Shown piece by piece: positions 12,717 to 25,569 of a stretch of 64,000 nucleotides of DNA (position 1 is its first letter; every line of letters begins with the position of its first letter). A model generated the notes under the pieces. It was not told the DNA's origin, searched no databases, and was given only the letters and a program-made list of their open reading frames with translations. The translations under genes and the position numbers were made by a program. Source of the DNA: Azolla caroliniana (lineage: Eukaryota; Plantae; Polypodiophyta); contig JBHGNT010000013.1 of the NCBI GenBank assembly GCA_043228905.1, forward strand, positions 4,278,001 through 4,342,000, given 5' to 3'.

Positions 12717-15275
12717 ATTTTTTACATCAACCATAGAGGATGGTTACTGCTACAGCTGGAAATGGGGTCTTTGTGATGGAGTATGGACAGTGCTTTCGCA
12801 TGTGGTTGCTTGTTAGATGGAAAAAAAAGCCTGGATTTGTTGAGATCTCTGTGAGATGAAGCTTTAAGTGTTCTATCCTCATAAATAGTGGGATGCACCA
12901 AAAGCTCACAAGATGTAAGACATTTATGCTTTTTCTTTTCCACATTTTAATGCTGTGATATGACTGTTACAATGCGTTCCTTGACCTCTTTCTAGTTGGA
13001 ATTTCATTCTACATCGTATATGATCATGGCGGTTCCTATCTTTTATATATATATACATATACATATATATACCACCAAACTTCAATCTGTCAATTTACAA
13101 TCATGTTAAGCTCATGCTCATGCTCAAATATTCACGAAGTATCATTAAAGTTCAGGTGAATCTTTTGTATCATTAAACGAGTAAAAAGACACTAGCTAAA
13201 ACATGCACTGAATCTGTACACTGTCAGTCTTTAGAAACTGACTATATGTTAATCCAATGTTAATATATTGAAAATCTAAAAATTCAGAATGCACAAATCG
13301 TTTGCTTGATATGAATGGTGTTTTCAATCTGAAGCACTTTTGGTGTCCTGTTTTATGTTTGATGATAGTTAAAAGAAGTTACAGTGGTGAGTGAATCACA
13401 TGTGCCAAACGATTGACTAATACCAACCGAATAAAATTGTTCTGAATTTGTATGGTCCATTATGGTGGTCTGCAATGGCAATTACATTGCAGACTAACAT
13501 CACCATTGCTTGAGATTTGTTTACGTAGTTTTTCCTAAATTCATGTCTAATAAATTTAGTCTTTTTTTAGTTCCTTTCCTATTAATGGTAAAGTCTCTAG
13601 GTGACATTCTCGATGTCAATTACCCCTAATGGGAACGTGTTGCCCAAAGGGGTTGTAAATGTAAAGTTCTAAATTCCATATTCTTGTGCAAGGTTAGTTA
13701 ATATTTTAAAAACACGAATAGTGCATACTTATAATGAACTCGAGGTTCTAATGATCAGATTGTTGATTGAGTTGTCCATTCCTCCCTTGTATGTTTGCAA
13801 CTGAAATGATGGTAAGGGGAAAAGGATGCCAAGTTAGAAGAGGGGGATACTTTCTAACCTATAGCCACACATGTTAAAGAACCAAAATTCCCCTTCGCAT
13901 ACAACTTTTACGTGTGTGACTCTTTTGTGTAGTTGTTTCTTGTAAAGCCTTCGTGAAATGTTTTTGTGTAAAGTTTTCGAGAAGATGCTTTAGTAATCGC
14001 TTCATGGAAATCCCTTGTGGAAAATGCTTAGGTAATAACTTTGTGCAAACAAGGTCATTTGAAAATTTTTGGCAGGTGAAAGAATATAAGTTATGACACT
14101 TAATCCTTTTCAGTAGAATTCCTTATGCCTCACATTATCTCCCCTCCTTAATTGAAGGGAAGAGGAGTGCTACATTAAATGCTACCAAAAACTAAAAGTA
14201 ACAAGAAGTGAAAGAATCAGTGTGATTAGCAGCTAATCATTGGATTAGGAATAGTAAAGAGATTATAGAAAAATAATCACACAAAATAAACAATTATGAA
14301 AGCATTAAGCAAAACATATAGAATTATAGACCAAAGAAAGGAATGAGGAGTTGCAAACCGCCAGACCACTCCTTAGCAACAACATGAGACGAACCACGAA
14401 CCTCCTCAATGTCCCATAGGGTTGATGTGATTCTTACCTTGGGTCCGGCAAGGATCACACATGCTTAGCTAACAAGAGTCATAACCACATTGTCACAATC
14501 TCAACATAAGTCAATCCTCCCTTGATAAGAAGGTAGCTAGGCTCCTACTACAAACAGAAACCCTATAACCTAATGTGTTCACACTTGGCCGTTTTATTTG
14601 AGTGGTCAAGTGATAACACACTTAATAGTTATCCCACACCATGGAACTGAATATTATGTCACATCCTCGCTCCTTTCAGAATTAACCCACATGTACTCAT
14701 CATAAGATTAGGAAAAACTATGGAAAAGCTATCTCATGATCACATACAGTTATGCATGTAACATGGTGTTAGAATATAATATAAATATCTATAGCAGATG
14801 TTACAAATAAATAATAAAATGTTACATGAGTTAGAGCTTATTGTAAGTTATATGTTTAAGTGTTTTTCTAGTAAGTTTCTATATAAAGTGTTCTTTTTAT
14901 CAGAACTAAATCATTGTTTGTTTGTACGAATCTTTGTCTCCTTATCTCTGTCAAAATCCGTTTCACCCTCTCTTCTTGTGTGACATTGCTTCTTTCCCCC
15001 CTTACACTTCATTGGTAGAGGTGGGCAATTTCAAGCTCATAAGTAATTATTTGATTTCAGGAGAATAATTCCAATGCTAGAAGAATGGTATCCAAACCCA
15101 GAAATTAAGGTCCCCAGTTTAGGACCCCCTTGGGAAGATAAAGCACTTGAAGGAGTTCAAGATCTCAAATCGTTGAACAAAGGCCACCTAGAAAATGTAT
15201 GAAATTAGGGTGAATATTCATCCTAAAATGATGTAGAAGACAAGAAGGAAGATTCCAAGCCCACAACGTGGACAA

Positions 15276-18200
15276 TGTTCCGAAACTTAATAGCACTTAA
15301 ACACTAATGTAAAATAGAAAATATGTTGTGCAAGATTTAAAAGAATGCAAGAGAGATACACAACAAATCAATACACAATACACCACAAATTTTTAACGTG
15401 GAAACCCCTCAAAGAGGTAAAAACCACGGGACCTAGTCCAGAACTAATTCATTATCAATATAAATCTGAATACACCAAAGTTCTACTCTAAACAAGTTAG
15501 AGTACTAAGAGAAATCGACGAATATGATGTTTCCTCAAAAACTAAACTCAACAAAAAAGACACAAAAACCACCAAAATTCACAGCATGTGGCTGATGACA
15601 GATGCGGCGATGTCCGGATGTCTGAGTGTGCTGGTGTACTTGAGAATGCTTGAAGGAATCAACCAAGAAAGAGAGTATGAGCTCTCTAAAATCTGTTTTT
15701 CTCTGCTACTCTAGAGAAATGCACGTTTTTTTCCCCCTTTTTAACTCATCCAAAAGAATGAGTTACATAGTGTAGATATGTAATGTCTTCTTGTGTGAAC
15801 CCCTTTCGTACTATATTTTAAAAAATACAAGTTTTGGGCGTCCAAGGCCCATTTCATTTACATACTAATGTGGACAAAAAAACCCAACAATCTCCCCCTT
15901 TGGCCACATAAGAGAAGATTCCATTGAACCACTTAGTTTCTGTTCATTCCAGCAAGCTTGACATATAGCTCAAGCTTTTCTTTAGAGACTACCTTCGTCA
16001 ACATGTCAGCAACATTTTCATCTGTGTGAATTTTCTTGAGTTGTAGAAGTTGATCTTCAATTGCCGAGCGCAGCAATATGTTTCGTACGAGAATGGTACA
16101 TCAATATGTTTCGTACGAGAATGGTACATCGAGTTCTTGCTTAGATCCATTGCACTTTGGCTGTCACAAAATATGACATAAGTTAGTTGACTTAGACCCA
16201 AATCTAAAAGAAACCTTTTCAACCATAACATCTCTTTGGTAGCTTCAGTGGCTGCAATATATTCCGCTTCTGATGTAGACAAAGTAACACATTTTTGCAA
16301 CTTAGATTGCCATGATACGTCTCCCCCTTCAAATGTAAATAAGTAAGCTAAAGTAGATTTTCTCCCATCGAGATCCCCTGCCATATCTGAATCTGAAAAA
16401 CCTTCAAGAGTTTGTTTAGAATCTCCAAAACATAAACATAATTTTGATGTACCTCTTAAATATCAAAAGATCCATTTTACGGCATCCCAATGAGACTTAC
16501 TCAGATTGGAGAGATATCTACTAAAAACACTGACGGCATGGGCAAAATCTGGCCTTGTGCTAACCATAGCATACATCAACGAACCAATCGCTGAAGAGTA
16601 AGGAATTGAAGACATCTCTTCTTTCTCTTGCTTGTTATGTGGACAATCTTTTCTACATAATTTAAAATGGCTAGCAAGGGGGCTACTTACTAGTTTTGCA
16701 TTATGCATAGTAAACCTCTCTAATACTCGTTCTATGTATTTTTCTTTAGAAAGCCACAACTTTCCACATTCCCTATTGCGAGTAATTTTCATGCCTAAAA
16801 TATGTTTAGCATGGCCTAGATCTTTCATGTCGAAGGCCTTAGGTAGATCCACCTTTAACTTGTGGATATTGTCTACATCTTGTCCTACAATTAGCATATC
16901 ATCGACATGCAATAAGAGAATTATAAAATTACCTTCAGAAAAATGCTTAACATACACACAATGATCTCCATTAGTCTTGGTGTAGTTTTGACTCGCCATA
17001 AATGAATCAAACCTTCTATACCATTATCGCGGTGCTTGTTTTAGGATGTAAAGACTTTTCCTCAGCTTGTATACCATATGCTCATTTCCTTTCTCTTCGA
17101 AACCCTCCGGTTGTTCCATGTAGATCTCTTCTTTCAAGTCTCCATGCAAGAAAGCCGTCTTTATATCGAGCTGCTCAATCTCGAGATTTAAAGTGGTTGC
17201 CAAACCTAAAATAACTCGAATAGAACTCAATCTCACAACTGGTGAGAAAATTTCATCAAAATCAATACCTCTCTTTTGGCCGAAACCTTTTACAACTAAA
17301 CGAGCCTTATGCTTTACAAGGTTACCATCACCTTGTTTTAACTTAAACACCCATTTATTTATCAAAACTTTTCTTCCCTTAGGAAGTTCTAGTAAATTGA
17401 AGGTATTATTTTTCTTTATGAGTTCATTTCGTCGTGCATGGCTTTGTCCAATCATCCTTATCTTTATGGTTTAAAATGTCATAATAACTTTCAGGCTCCC
17501 CCTCGTCAGAGATTAAGACATAATCTGAACTAGGATACCTTACATATGGTTTTTGTTCTCTAATAGACCTTCTAGGTTGTTCATTGACCACCTCTTGTAA
17601 GGAAGTTTGCTCCCCCCGCTCAAAACCTGTTTGTGGTAAAATATCATCATGATTAGCTTCAACCCTATTATTTATAATACCTGGTTCATCAAGATCCTCA
17701 CAGTTTTCGTCTTGTTGGGAAGCATCTCCATATGTAGCATCTTCGGTCATAGGAATCGGGTCAAAATCTATAAGCCCACCATCTACTTGAGTGTTGGATC
17801 CTTTGACCTTTTCAATATCTTCGATAGTTTGATCCTCAACAAATACCACATCATGACTTCAAATAAGCTTCCTTTCTATTGGGTCAGAACATTTGTAACC
17901 AAACTCATCTTGGCCATAACCAATAAAAATACATTCTTTAGATTTACCATCTAACTTAGACCGTTCATCTTTGGGTATATGTACAAAACATATACACCCA
18001 AACACACGTAAATGATCATATGAAACATTCTTACCATACCAAACTCTATTAGGAACGTCGCCTTGCAATGCAACAATAGGAGATAGGTTAATAACATATG
18101 CAACGGTACTCGAAGCCTCACCTCAAAAAGATTTGGATAACTTTGCATCCGAGAGCAAGTATCAAAATCTTTCAACTAGAGTTCTATTCATCCTTTCCGC

Positions 18201-20329
18201 CAAGCCATTTAGTTGTGGGGTTTTGGGTGGTGTCTTTTGATGCTTAATCCCATGCTATCGACAGTATGCATTGAAAGATCCAAGGTATTCCCCACCATTG
18301 TCGGTGCGAATGCATTTCAGCTTTTTTCATGTCTCTCTTTCTACAGAACCATGAAATTCTTTGAACACATTAAATACTTGGTCCTTAGTTTTCAATGTTC
18401 GAATCCAAAGTTTCCTAGAATAGTCATCAATAAAAGTAACGAAATAGAGTGCACCACCTATTGATTTTACCTTTAAAGGACCACAAACATCTGAATGTAC
18501 CAACTCAAGTACCTCTTCCTTTCTTGAAGAAGAATGTTGTTTGAACGCGACTCTTCTATGCTTTCCTACCACACAATGATTGCACATGTCTAACTTAGCA
18601 TCTTTTAGACCCGGAAGCAAGCTTTTCTTGGCTAGACAATCAAGCCCCTTCTCACTAATATGAGACAACCTTTTATGCCATAGTTCTGACATATTGTTGC
18701 TTTCAGCTGCATTCACAAGATTAGTAGAGATAGATCCTTGTAATAAATACAAACTAGAGCATTTCTTACCACAAGCTACAACCAATGAGCCCTTAATGAG
18801 TTTCCATTGTCCTTCATTGAAGATGTTGCAATAGCCACCATCATCTAATCTTCCGGTTGAGATAAGATGTAAGCGAATGTTGGGTACATGTCTTACCTCC
18901 TTGAGAATCAACTTTGAACCCGTGTTGGTTTCCAAACAAATAGTCGCGATGCCTACCACCTTTGAAAGACCATCATTGCCCATCTTCACAACTCTGAAAT
19001 CCCCTGAAGTATAAGAAGTAAAAAACTCCCTTCTAGATGTGACATGGAACGATGCTCCACTATCAACAACCCAATTAGTTTTATTGTGAGCAAGATTAAT
19101 CACGTTTTCATCATAAACAACAAGTAAATCATCTGATGAAGTTGTATTAACACGATTAGAATTGTCATCGTTACCTTTGTTTTCATGCTTATCGTTATAT
19201 GTGTGGTTCTCCTTTTTCCACTTGTAACAATACCTCTTTATGCGTCTTGTTTTACCACAAAAATGACATTCTAGATTTTTATACCTTGGTTTTGATTTAC
19301 TTCTACTCTTCGGTTGTTTTGACCTTGGCTTGTATGCTTACTCCCCCCTCTCTCAACCATCAAGACCTCCGAATGTGACGATGTCCCTTGTGTCCTTCGT
19401 CTCATCTCCTTGTTTAGAACACTGCTCTTGACATATTCCATAGTTACAATTCTGTTTGGGGCTGCATTAGTTAGAGATACCCTAAAAGTTTCCCATGAAT
19501 CAGGGAGAGTGTTTAACAACCATAATGCATTAATCTCATCATCAAATTTCACTCCCATACCAAAAAGTTGGTCGAAACATCCTTGAAATTCATTTAGATG
19601 ATCTAATATGGAACTACCTTCTTTATACACTAAATGCATTGCTTGTTTAAGCAAAAATAACTTATTGTTACCTGTCTTTGATGCATACAATGTTTCGAGT
19701 TTATTCCATAGAGCTTTAGCATTAGTTTCATTCACAATATGGTTTAAGACATTATCTCCCACCCATTATCGAATAAAACCACATACCTGTTGATTCTCGA
19801 AAAGCCATTCCTCGGCAGTTTTGCTCTCTGGTTTAGCATATGCAAAACCATGTAAGTGTAAATTTTTCACAAAAAGAAGATCTTTCATCTTACCTTTCCA
19901 TTTGTGGTAGTTGGTGCCGTTCAAGGAAACCATTGTGGAAAAATTTGCCTCCATAAGAAGTGCTCAACCTTTGCTCTGATACCACTTGTTCCGAAACTTA
20001 ATAGCACTTAAACACTAATGTAAAACAGAAAATATGTTGTGCAAGATTTAAAAGAAAGCAAGAGAGATACACAACAAATCAATACACAATACACCACAAA
20101 TTTTTAACGTGGAAACCCCTCAAAGAGGTAAAAACCACGGGACCTAGTCCAGAACTAATTCATTATCAATATAAATCTGAATACACCAAAGTTCTACTCT
20201 AAACAAGTTAGAGTACTAAGAGAAATCGACGAATATGATGTTTCCTCAAAAACTAAACTCAACAAAAAAGACACAAAAACCACCAAAATTCACAGCATGT
20301 GGCTGATGACAGATGCGGCGATGTCTGGA
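15276..20329 (-). mobile_element. Ty1/Copia LTR retrotransposon A (defective; 5' LTR truncated)
   Basis: 3' LTR 15276-15889 (TG..CA) with PPT AAGGGGGAGAT. Partial 5' LTR 19987-20329. PBS TGGTATCAGAGC (tRNA-iMet) at 19973-19984. gag 19954-19271, PR WVVDSGAS, IN LVHSDVCGP, RT LLLHVDDMLI, RH TSEAEY; multiple stops and frameshifts. Confidence 0.95.
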
Positions 20330-22753
20330 GAAATTTTTTGAATATAGTTTTTGTATTTTCTGCTCACTCTGTCTCTCCCTCTCCTTCTCTGTGATTTTTG
20401 CATTTTATCGAATTGTCGTACTTCCGAACCGTGTACTCTATGCTCTTACACATACGCTTCCGCACACGTATTCTTTTACATGGTATCAGAGCGCGAGGGT
20501 TGAGACTCCTCTGCAGCGGACAGAAAAGCCCGCGATAAAGACAGAGTTAAGTTGTTGTTTTCGGAAAGGATAAGACAACAATATGGACAGAGGAATGGGA
20601 TTCAACTCGCTACCAACTGAGAAACTCGACAGGAGCAACTACGCATCTTGGTTGTACAAGATGCATTAGTATCTGCTTGGTCATGGTTACTGGAGTTATG
20701 TTGAAGGAGCTAATGATGCAGCACCCAAATCGAGACATAGAGACTTTCTGGCTGGGGAACAAGCGGCAAGCAGAGTTCTTTACTGCTTCATGTCCTGTGT
20801 GAGCAACCAGCTCTTCAGCTATATTCGGGATGCTAAGATGCCAAAGGACACGTGGGCGAATCTCAAGAGGATTTTCGCCACTAGCAGAACGGCCAGGAAG
20901 CTGCAACTCAGACAAGAGCTCAGCAATGTCCGACAGAAAGATCGTTCTGTGGCCGATTACACGGCCCGAACCAAGGAGATCTGCGATTCCCTCGCCTCTA
21001 TCAACGTGAACGTCGAGGAGGAAGAAATGGTGTAGGTTTGTCTTGGAGGGTTACCGTCAAAGTTCGGAGCATTCCAAACAGTGGTATGCATTAGGGAGAT
21101 TATGCCTTCGTTCTTCGAGCTTCAGTCGATGTTGCTCGTGGCTGAAAATCACGCGGGTGCGTCAACAAGTACGCACACCGAGAACAAGATGCTGTACACG
21201 GAAGAAGATAGGCCCCGTAGTCGTGGAAAACGAGGCGGATTAGTGCGCAATGGAGGCGGCCGAAAAGAATAGAACGTGCGGCATAATCAAAATGCCGGAA
21301 GCAGGGGGAGTCACAACGGCACCGGAAGCCATCAAGAGACAACTGCGACGGAATGCTGGTACTGTGGCAAGAAAGGCCACAGGGAGAGTGAGTGATGGAA
21401 GAAGAGAGCCAATTCGGACAAAGCCGAATCGAGTGGAAGAGACATAGGAAGGCGTCAAAAATCGCACTACGCCGAAGGCTCCGAATGAGCCGGAAATGGA
21501 TCGGGCCCAGCCTTCATAATGAAGCACAAGGCCAATTCGATGGGCGTGAACACCTCGAAATCGAGCAAGGTGTGATATGTTGATTCCGGAGCATCAAATC
21601 ATATGACGAGTCATGAGGAATGGTTCTCGTACTTGGAGAAACCGGAAAAACAACGAATGGTCGAAACGGGAGATGACACTCCGCATACCATCGAACATGT
21701 CAGAGAAGTTCCTCTCAGCCACATCGGGCAGAAAGGGAAACTTATGAACGTGTTGCACGTCCCGACAATAACCAAGAACCTGGTGTCGATCGGTCAGATC
21801 ATCGACTAGGGGATGCAAGTTCAATTCACGCACCTCGGGTGCTACATCGAAGAGGAAGGGCAAGTTATTGCACAAGGGCGCCGTGAAGGGAGGATATTCA
21901 TCCTCCACACCAATCAAGCCGGAACCGCACTGTTCACTAGAGGACAGAAGGTCGAGTCAGACATTGACCTGTGGCACAAGCGGTTCGGCCATGTTAACTT
22001 CCCACAGCTTCGTGAAATGCAGACGAAGAACATTGTTTTCGGTTTGCCGAAATTTCGATACCGTAATGGCCAAGTCTGCGAAGCCTGCCAACTCGGGAAG
22101 CAGCACTGGCTTCCATTCCCCATGAGAGTAATCATAGTTGAAATCCGCTGGATTTGATCCATTCGGATGTGTGGGGACCGACACAGAACATGAGTCTCGG
22201 TGGAAGCCGTTACTTTGTAACCTTCATCGATGACTTCACTTGGCATACCTAGGCATGCTTGATTGCGAAAAAGAGCGAAGTCTTCATGTGGTTCCTGAAG
22301 GTGAAGAGCCTTGCGGAAAGGGAAACTGGACGAAAGATCAAGTGCCTACGGCCGAATGGTGGGAAGGAGTACTTCTCCGACTAGTTCAGGAGATATCTAT
22401 AGAAGAGGGAATTCGACGCGAATACTTGTGTAGATATACGCCAGAGCAGAACGACGTAGCCGAACGGAAGAATTAGACGATCGACAAAGCCGCTAGGGCA
22501 ATGCTTGAAGAGAAGCATATGCCGAAGTTTTACTGGCCTGAAGCCATAAAGATAGTTGTTTACTTGCAGAATCGGACCTCTGCTAATGGAGGAGTGTCAC
22601 CACATGAGTTGTATTATGGCAAGAAGCCGAACTTGGCACACTTGAGGATTTTTGGCAGCATCGCGTACGTGCATGTGCCGAAGGAGAAATGGAGGAAGCT
22701 GGACGCCAAAGCCGAAAAGTGCATATTAGTTGGCTATTAAGATGAACAAAAGG

Positions 22754-23199
22754 TGTCATGAGATGGCAAGACGCGAACCCATGACCTTATGGTATATGGG
22801 TCGAGCTCTTAACCATCACACCATCTATTGTAATTCATAGGATATTATTTTCATTTATGTTTTATTATAAGAAAGTAATGTATATTCCAGATTTCTCTGG
22901 AACATTCTAGAAGTTTCAGGATTACTCCTGACAACACTATAAAAGAAGGCACTAGGCATTATGTTGAACCAAATTGGTTCAACGCCGGTCTTAAGCCTCT
23001 CAGCCGCTTTGTACTTATCTTTTCACATAATATATTAGCTGCTGTCATCATCTTTCTCTCTCTCTCTCATCCTCGCTATCTCTCTCTCTCTCTCTCTCCT
23101 CTTCTCACTTCCTCTCTCGGGAATCTTACATAGTCCCATCCTCTAAGTACTAATAGTACTACTCTTCTGAGTACTAATTCCATCTATGCTTTAGTACTA
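22754..23199 (+). repeat. Inverted copy of element C LTR (lacks only the last 9 nt of U5)
   Basis: Reverse complement of 25652-26102, about 97% identical by eye. Confidence 0.95.
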
Positions 23200-24415
23200 A
23201 TAGTACATGAGAATCGTGCTCTTGCTGGGTCTTCGAATAAATCAATAGATCATCAAGATAGATGATCAAACAGATATCCACGAGGTCTCTGAATATATCA
23301 TTTGCCATGTGTTGGAAGACTGCGGGTGCATTGGTTAGGCCGAACGGCATAACAGTATACTCGAAATGCCCATACCGTCTGCGAAAGGCGGTCTTCCATT
23401 CATCTCCCGGTCGGATCCGCACGAGGTTATACGCTCCTCGTAGATCGATTTTGGTAAAAAACTTGGCACCATTAACTCGCTCCAAAAGACTTGATATAAG
23501 AGGAAGTGCATACCTATTCCGGATGGTGACCTTATTCAATCCGCGGTAATCAACGACGAGACGAAGTGAGCCATCTTTCTTCTTGACAAAGAAGATGGGT
23601 GCACCGGCCGGAGATTTCGAATGACGGATGAACCCGCTTGCCAAGTTCTCCTCTATGTAGGCTTGAAGGACTTCTAACTCGGTGGGTGATAAGTTGTAAA
23701 TTGGTCCCCATGGTGGCTCGGTTCCTGGTTGTAAATCAATGGGACAGTCATAGGGACGGTGATGAGGAAGGGTACCGGCTTTTACCTTTTCAAATACATC
23801 GGCATAAGGATGATATTTTGCCGGAAGTAGTACTGAGGAGTCCTTCTTAATAGTGCTGGAAGGATGTACTGATATTGCAAATAGGAACATTGCCTCCTTG
23901 TGTCCTTGTTCGCGTAATTGATGGAGTGAAATGGTCGAAACTCGGTGAGTAGATTCTTGGGGTGGTCGATAGCGGACTTCTCTTGTTCTCCAATCTATGG
24001 CTGGATTATGTAATTCAAACCAAGGTAATCCTAGGACAATGGGATGCTCTGGACTACTAATTATATTAAATGATATTACACACACAAAACTACCTAGGAC
24101 AACTTGAATGGGTTCTGATTCTTCTACAATATTCCCGGAAGCAATGGGACGACCATCAATGACTACTACAGATGCGAGACAAGGATGTTTTCTTAGGGAT
24201 ATCTGAGAAGCTTGGGCAAAATTTCGATCGAAACAGGAATTAGCTCCAGAATCTAAGAGTGCTAGGACGGGTACTGGGGGAGTACTTTTAGTACTAACAA
24301 TGACTTGGGCTAGGAACACATTGCTAACTTGCTTGGAAGGAATGGAACCACTAATGGGCTGTACAGATCTAGGGCTGCTGTCCAACCAAACGGCTCCTAT
24401 TTTGGCTGGACTCAA
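23174..24415 (-). pseudogene. Gypsy pol fragment: aspartic protease plus N-terminal RT, truncated by the inverted LTR
   Basis: ALLDSGA protease motif; KKDGSLRLVVDYRGLN, MPFGLTNAP, YLDD. Runs into LTR sequence after HDSHVLLVL. Confidence 0.9.
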
Positions 24416-25569
24416 TCGATTAACTCTTCATCTAATTGACTAAGGATTTCAAATTTGTTTGAGATACTTGGGCTATTAGTACTATGAGTACTATCTGACA
24501 CTCTATTAGTACTATTAATACTATCAGACACTCCGAAGGGAAGAATTGACTCGGGTTTAGTACAGGCGATGATTTGATTTACCTGTCTTCTTGGCCTATG
24601 GGGACAATTGATGGCGATATGCCCTGGTCCACCGCAATAAAGGCATAATCGATTGGCATGTCGTCGTTGCTTTTCTTCTTCCGATAACGAGCCGCGTCGA
24701 CGCATGGTGTCGATCTCCATCGGTGTCGGAATATTGGCTTGAGCTACATCGCGTGCAAACAGTTTAGCCGTGACTGAGGCGTATGTGGGTTCCGGCCGAG
24801 AGCGTGGTATTTGTAACTGACGCTCTGAACGCCGTTCGAAAAGGCGGTTGTCGCATCGGACCGCTCGACTGATTGCCTCCGTAAGAGACTTTGGTTCTTC
24901 GGGGAAGGTTAAAAGCAGATCTTTGACATCATTGCGCAAGCCGTAGCGAAACTGCTCCATGAGGGCCTTATCATCCCAGGGAATATCTGAGGCGAGTAGA
25001 CAGAAATCCGCCGCGTAGGCAGAGGCTGGACGATCGCCTTGACGCAATCTTCGGATCTTGTTGATCGCCGTCCTGATGCTGTCGGTATCTCCAAAGCAGG
25101 CTTTAAACTCACCAATAAAATCTTCAAAGTTATTAAGCAAGGGGGATTGTTTTTCTAGAAGCGGAGCGAACCATGCCAAGGCTGAGCCGCTAAGTAACGT
25201 GCCTATTAGGCCGACTCGAGATGCATTAGTGGGATATCAGGAAGGATGCATCTGGATGACTAAGCGTACCTGATTAAGGAATCCCCGGAATTGCGATCGC
25301 GTTCCATCAAATTTCACAGGAAGTCCAATCTTGGGCTCTTTATGAAATCCTTGGGGACTTGATCCTTGTTGTTGCAACGCTGCTTCGAGTTGTTGTACCC
25401 GTAATGCTAACTCCCCATGTTGTTGTTGCGTTTGTTGTTTTTCGAGAGCGATTTGTTGCAGATCCCCTATCAACCATTGGTTTTCTTGTTCCAGGGCAAC
25501 AAACTTTTGTTTTAGGCATTGTAACTTGGAGAAAACGGATTGATATTCTTGGGCGCTAACAGTAGCCAT
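24412..25569 (-). pseudogene. Gypsy gag (Retrotrans_gag/DUF4939-like with CCHC knuckle), one in-frame stop at ~25237
   Basis: ORFs 25237..25569 and 24412..25179 are in the same frame. Motifs PVKFDGTRSQFRGFLNQ, PTPMEID and CLYCGGPGHIAINC. Confidence 0.9.

Noticed and set aside
13468-13495. 10-bp hairpin GTCTGCAATG/CATTGCAGAC
   Set aside because: Too short to distinguish from chance
14767-15275. Possible older LTR end plus decayed PBS into which A inserted
   Set aside because: No partner LTR or coding motif identifiable
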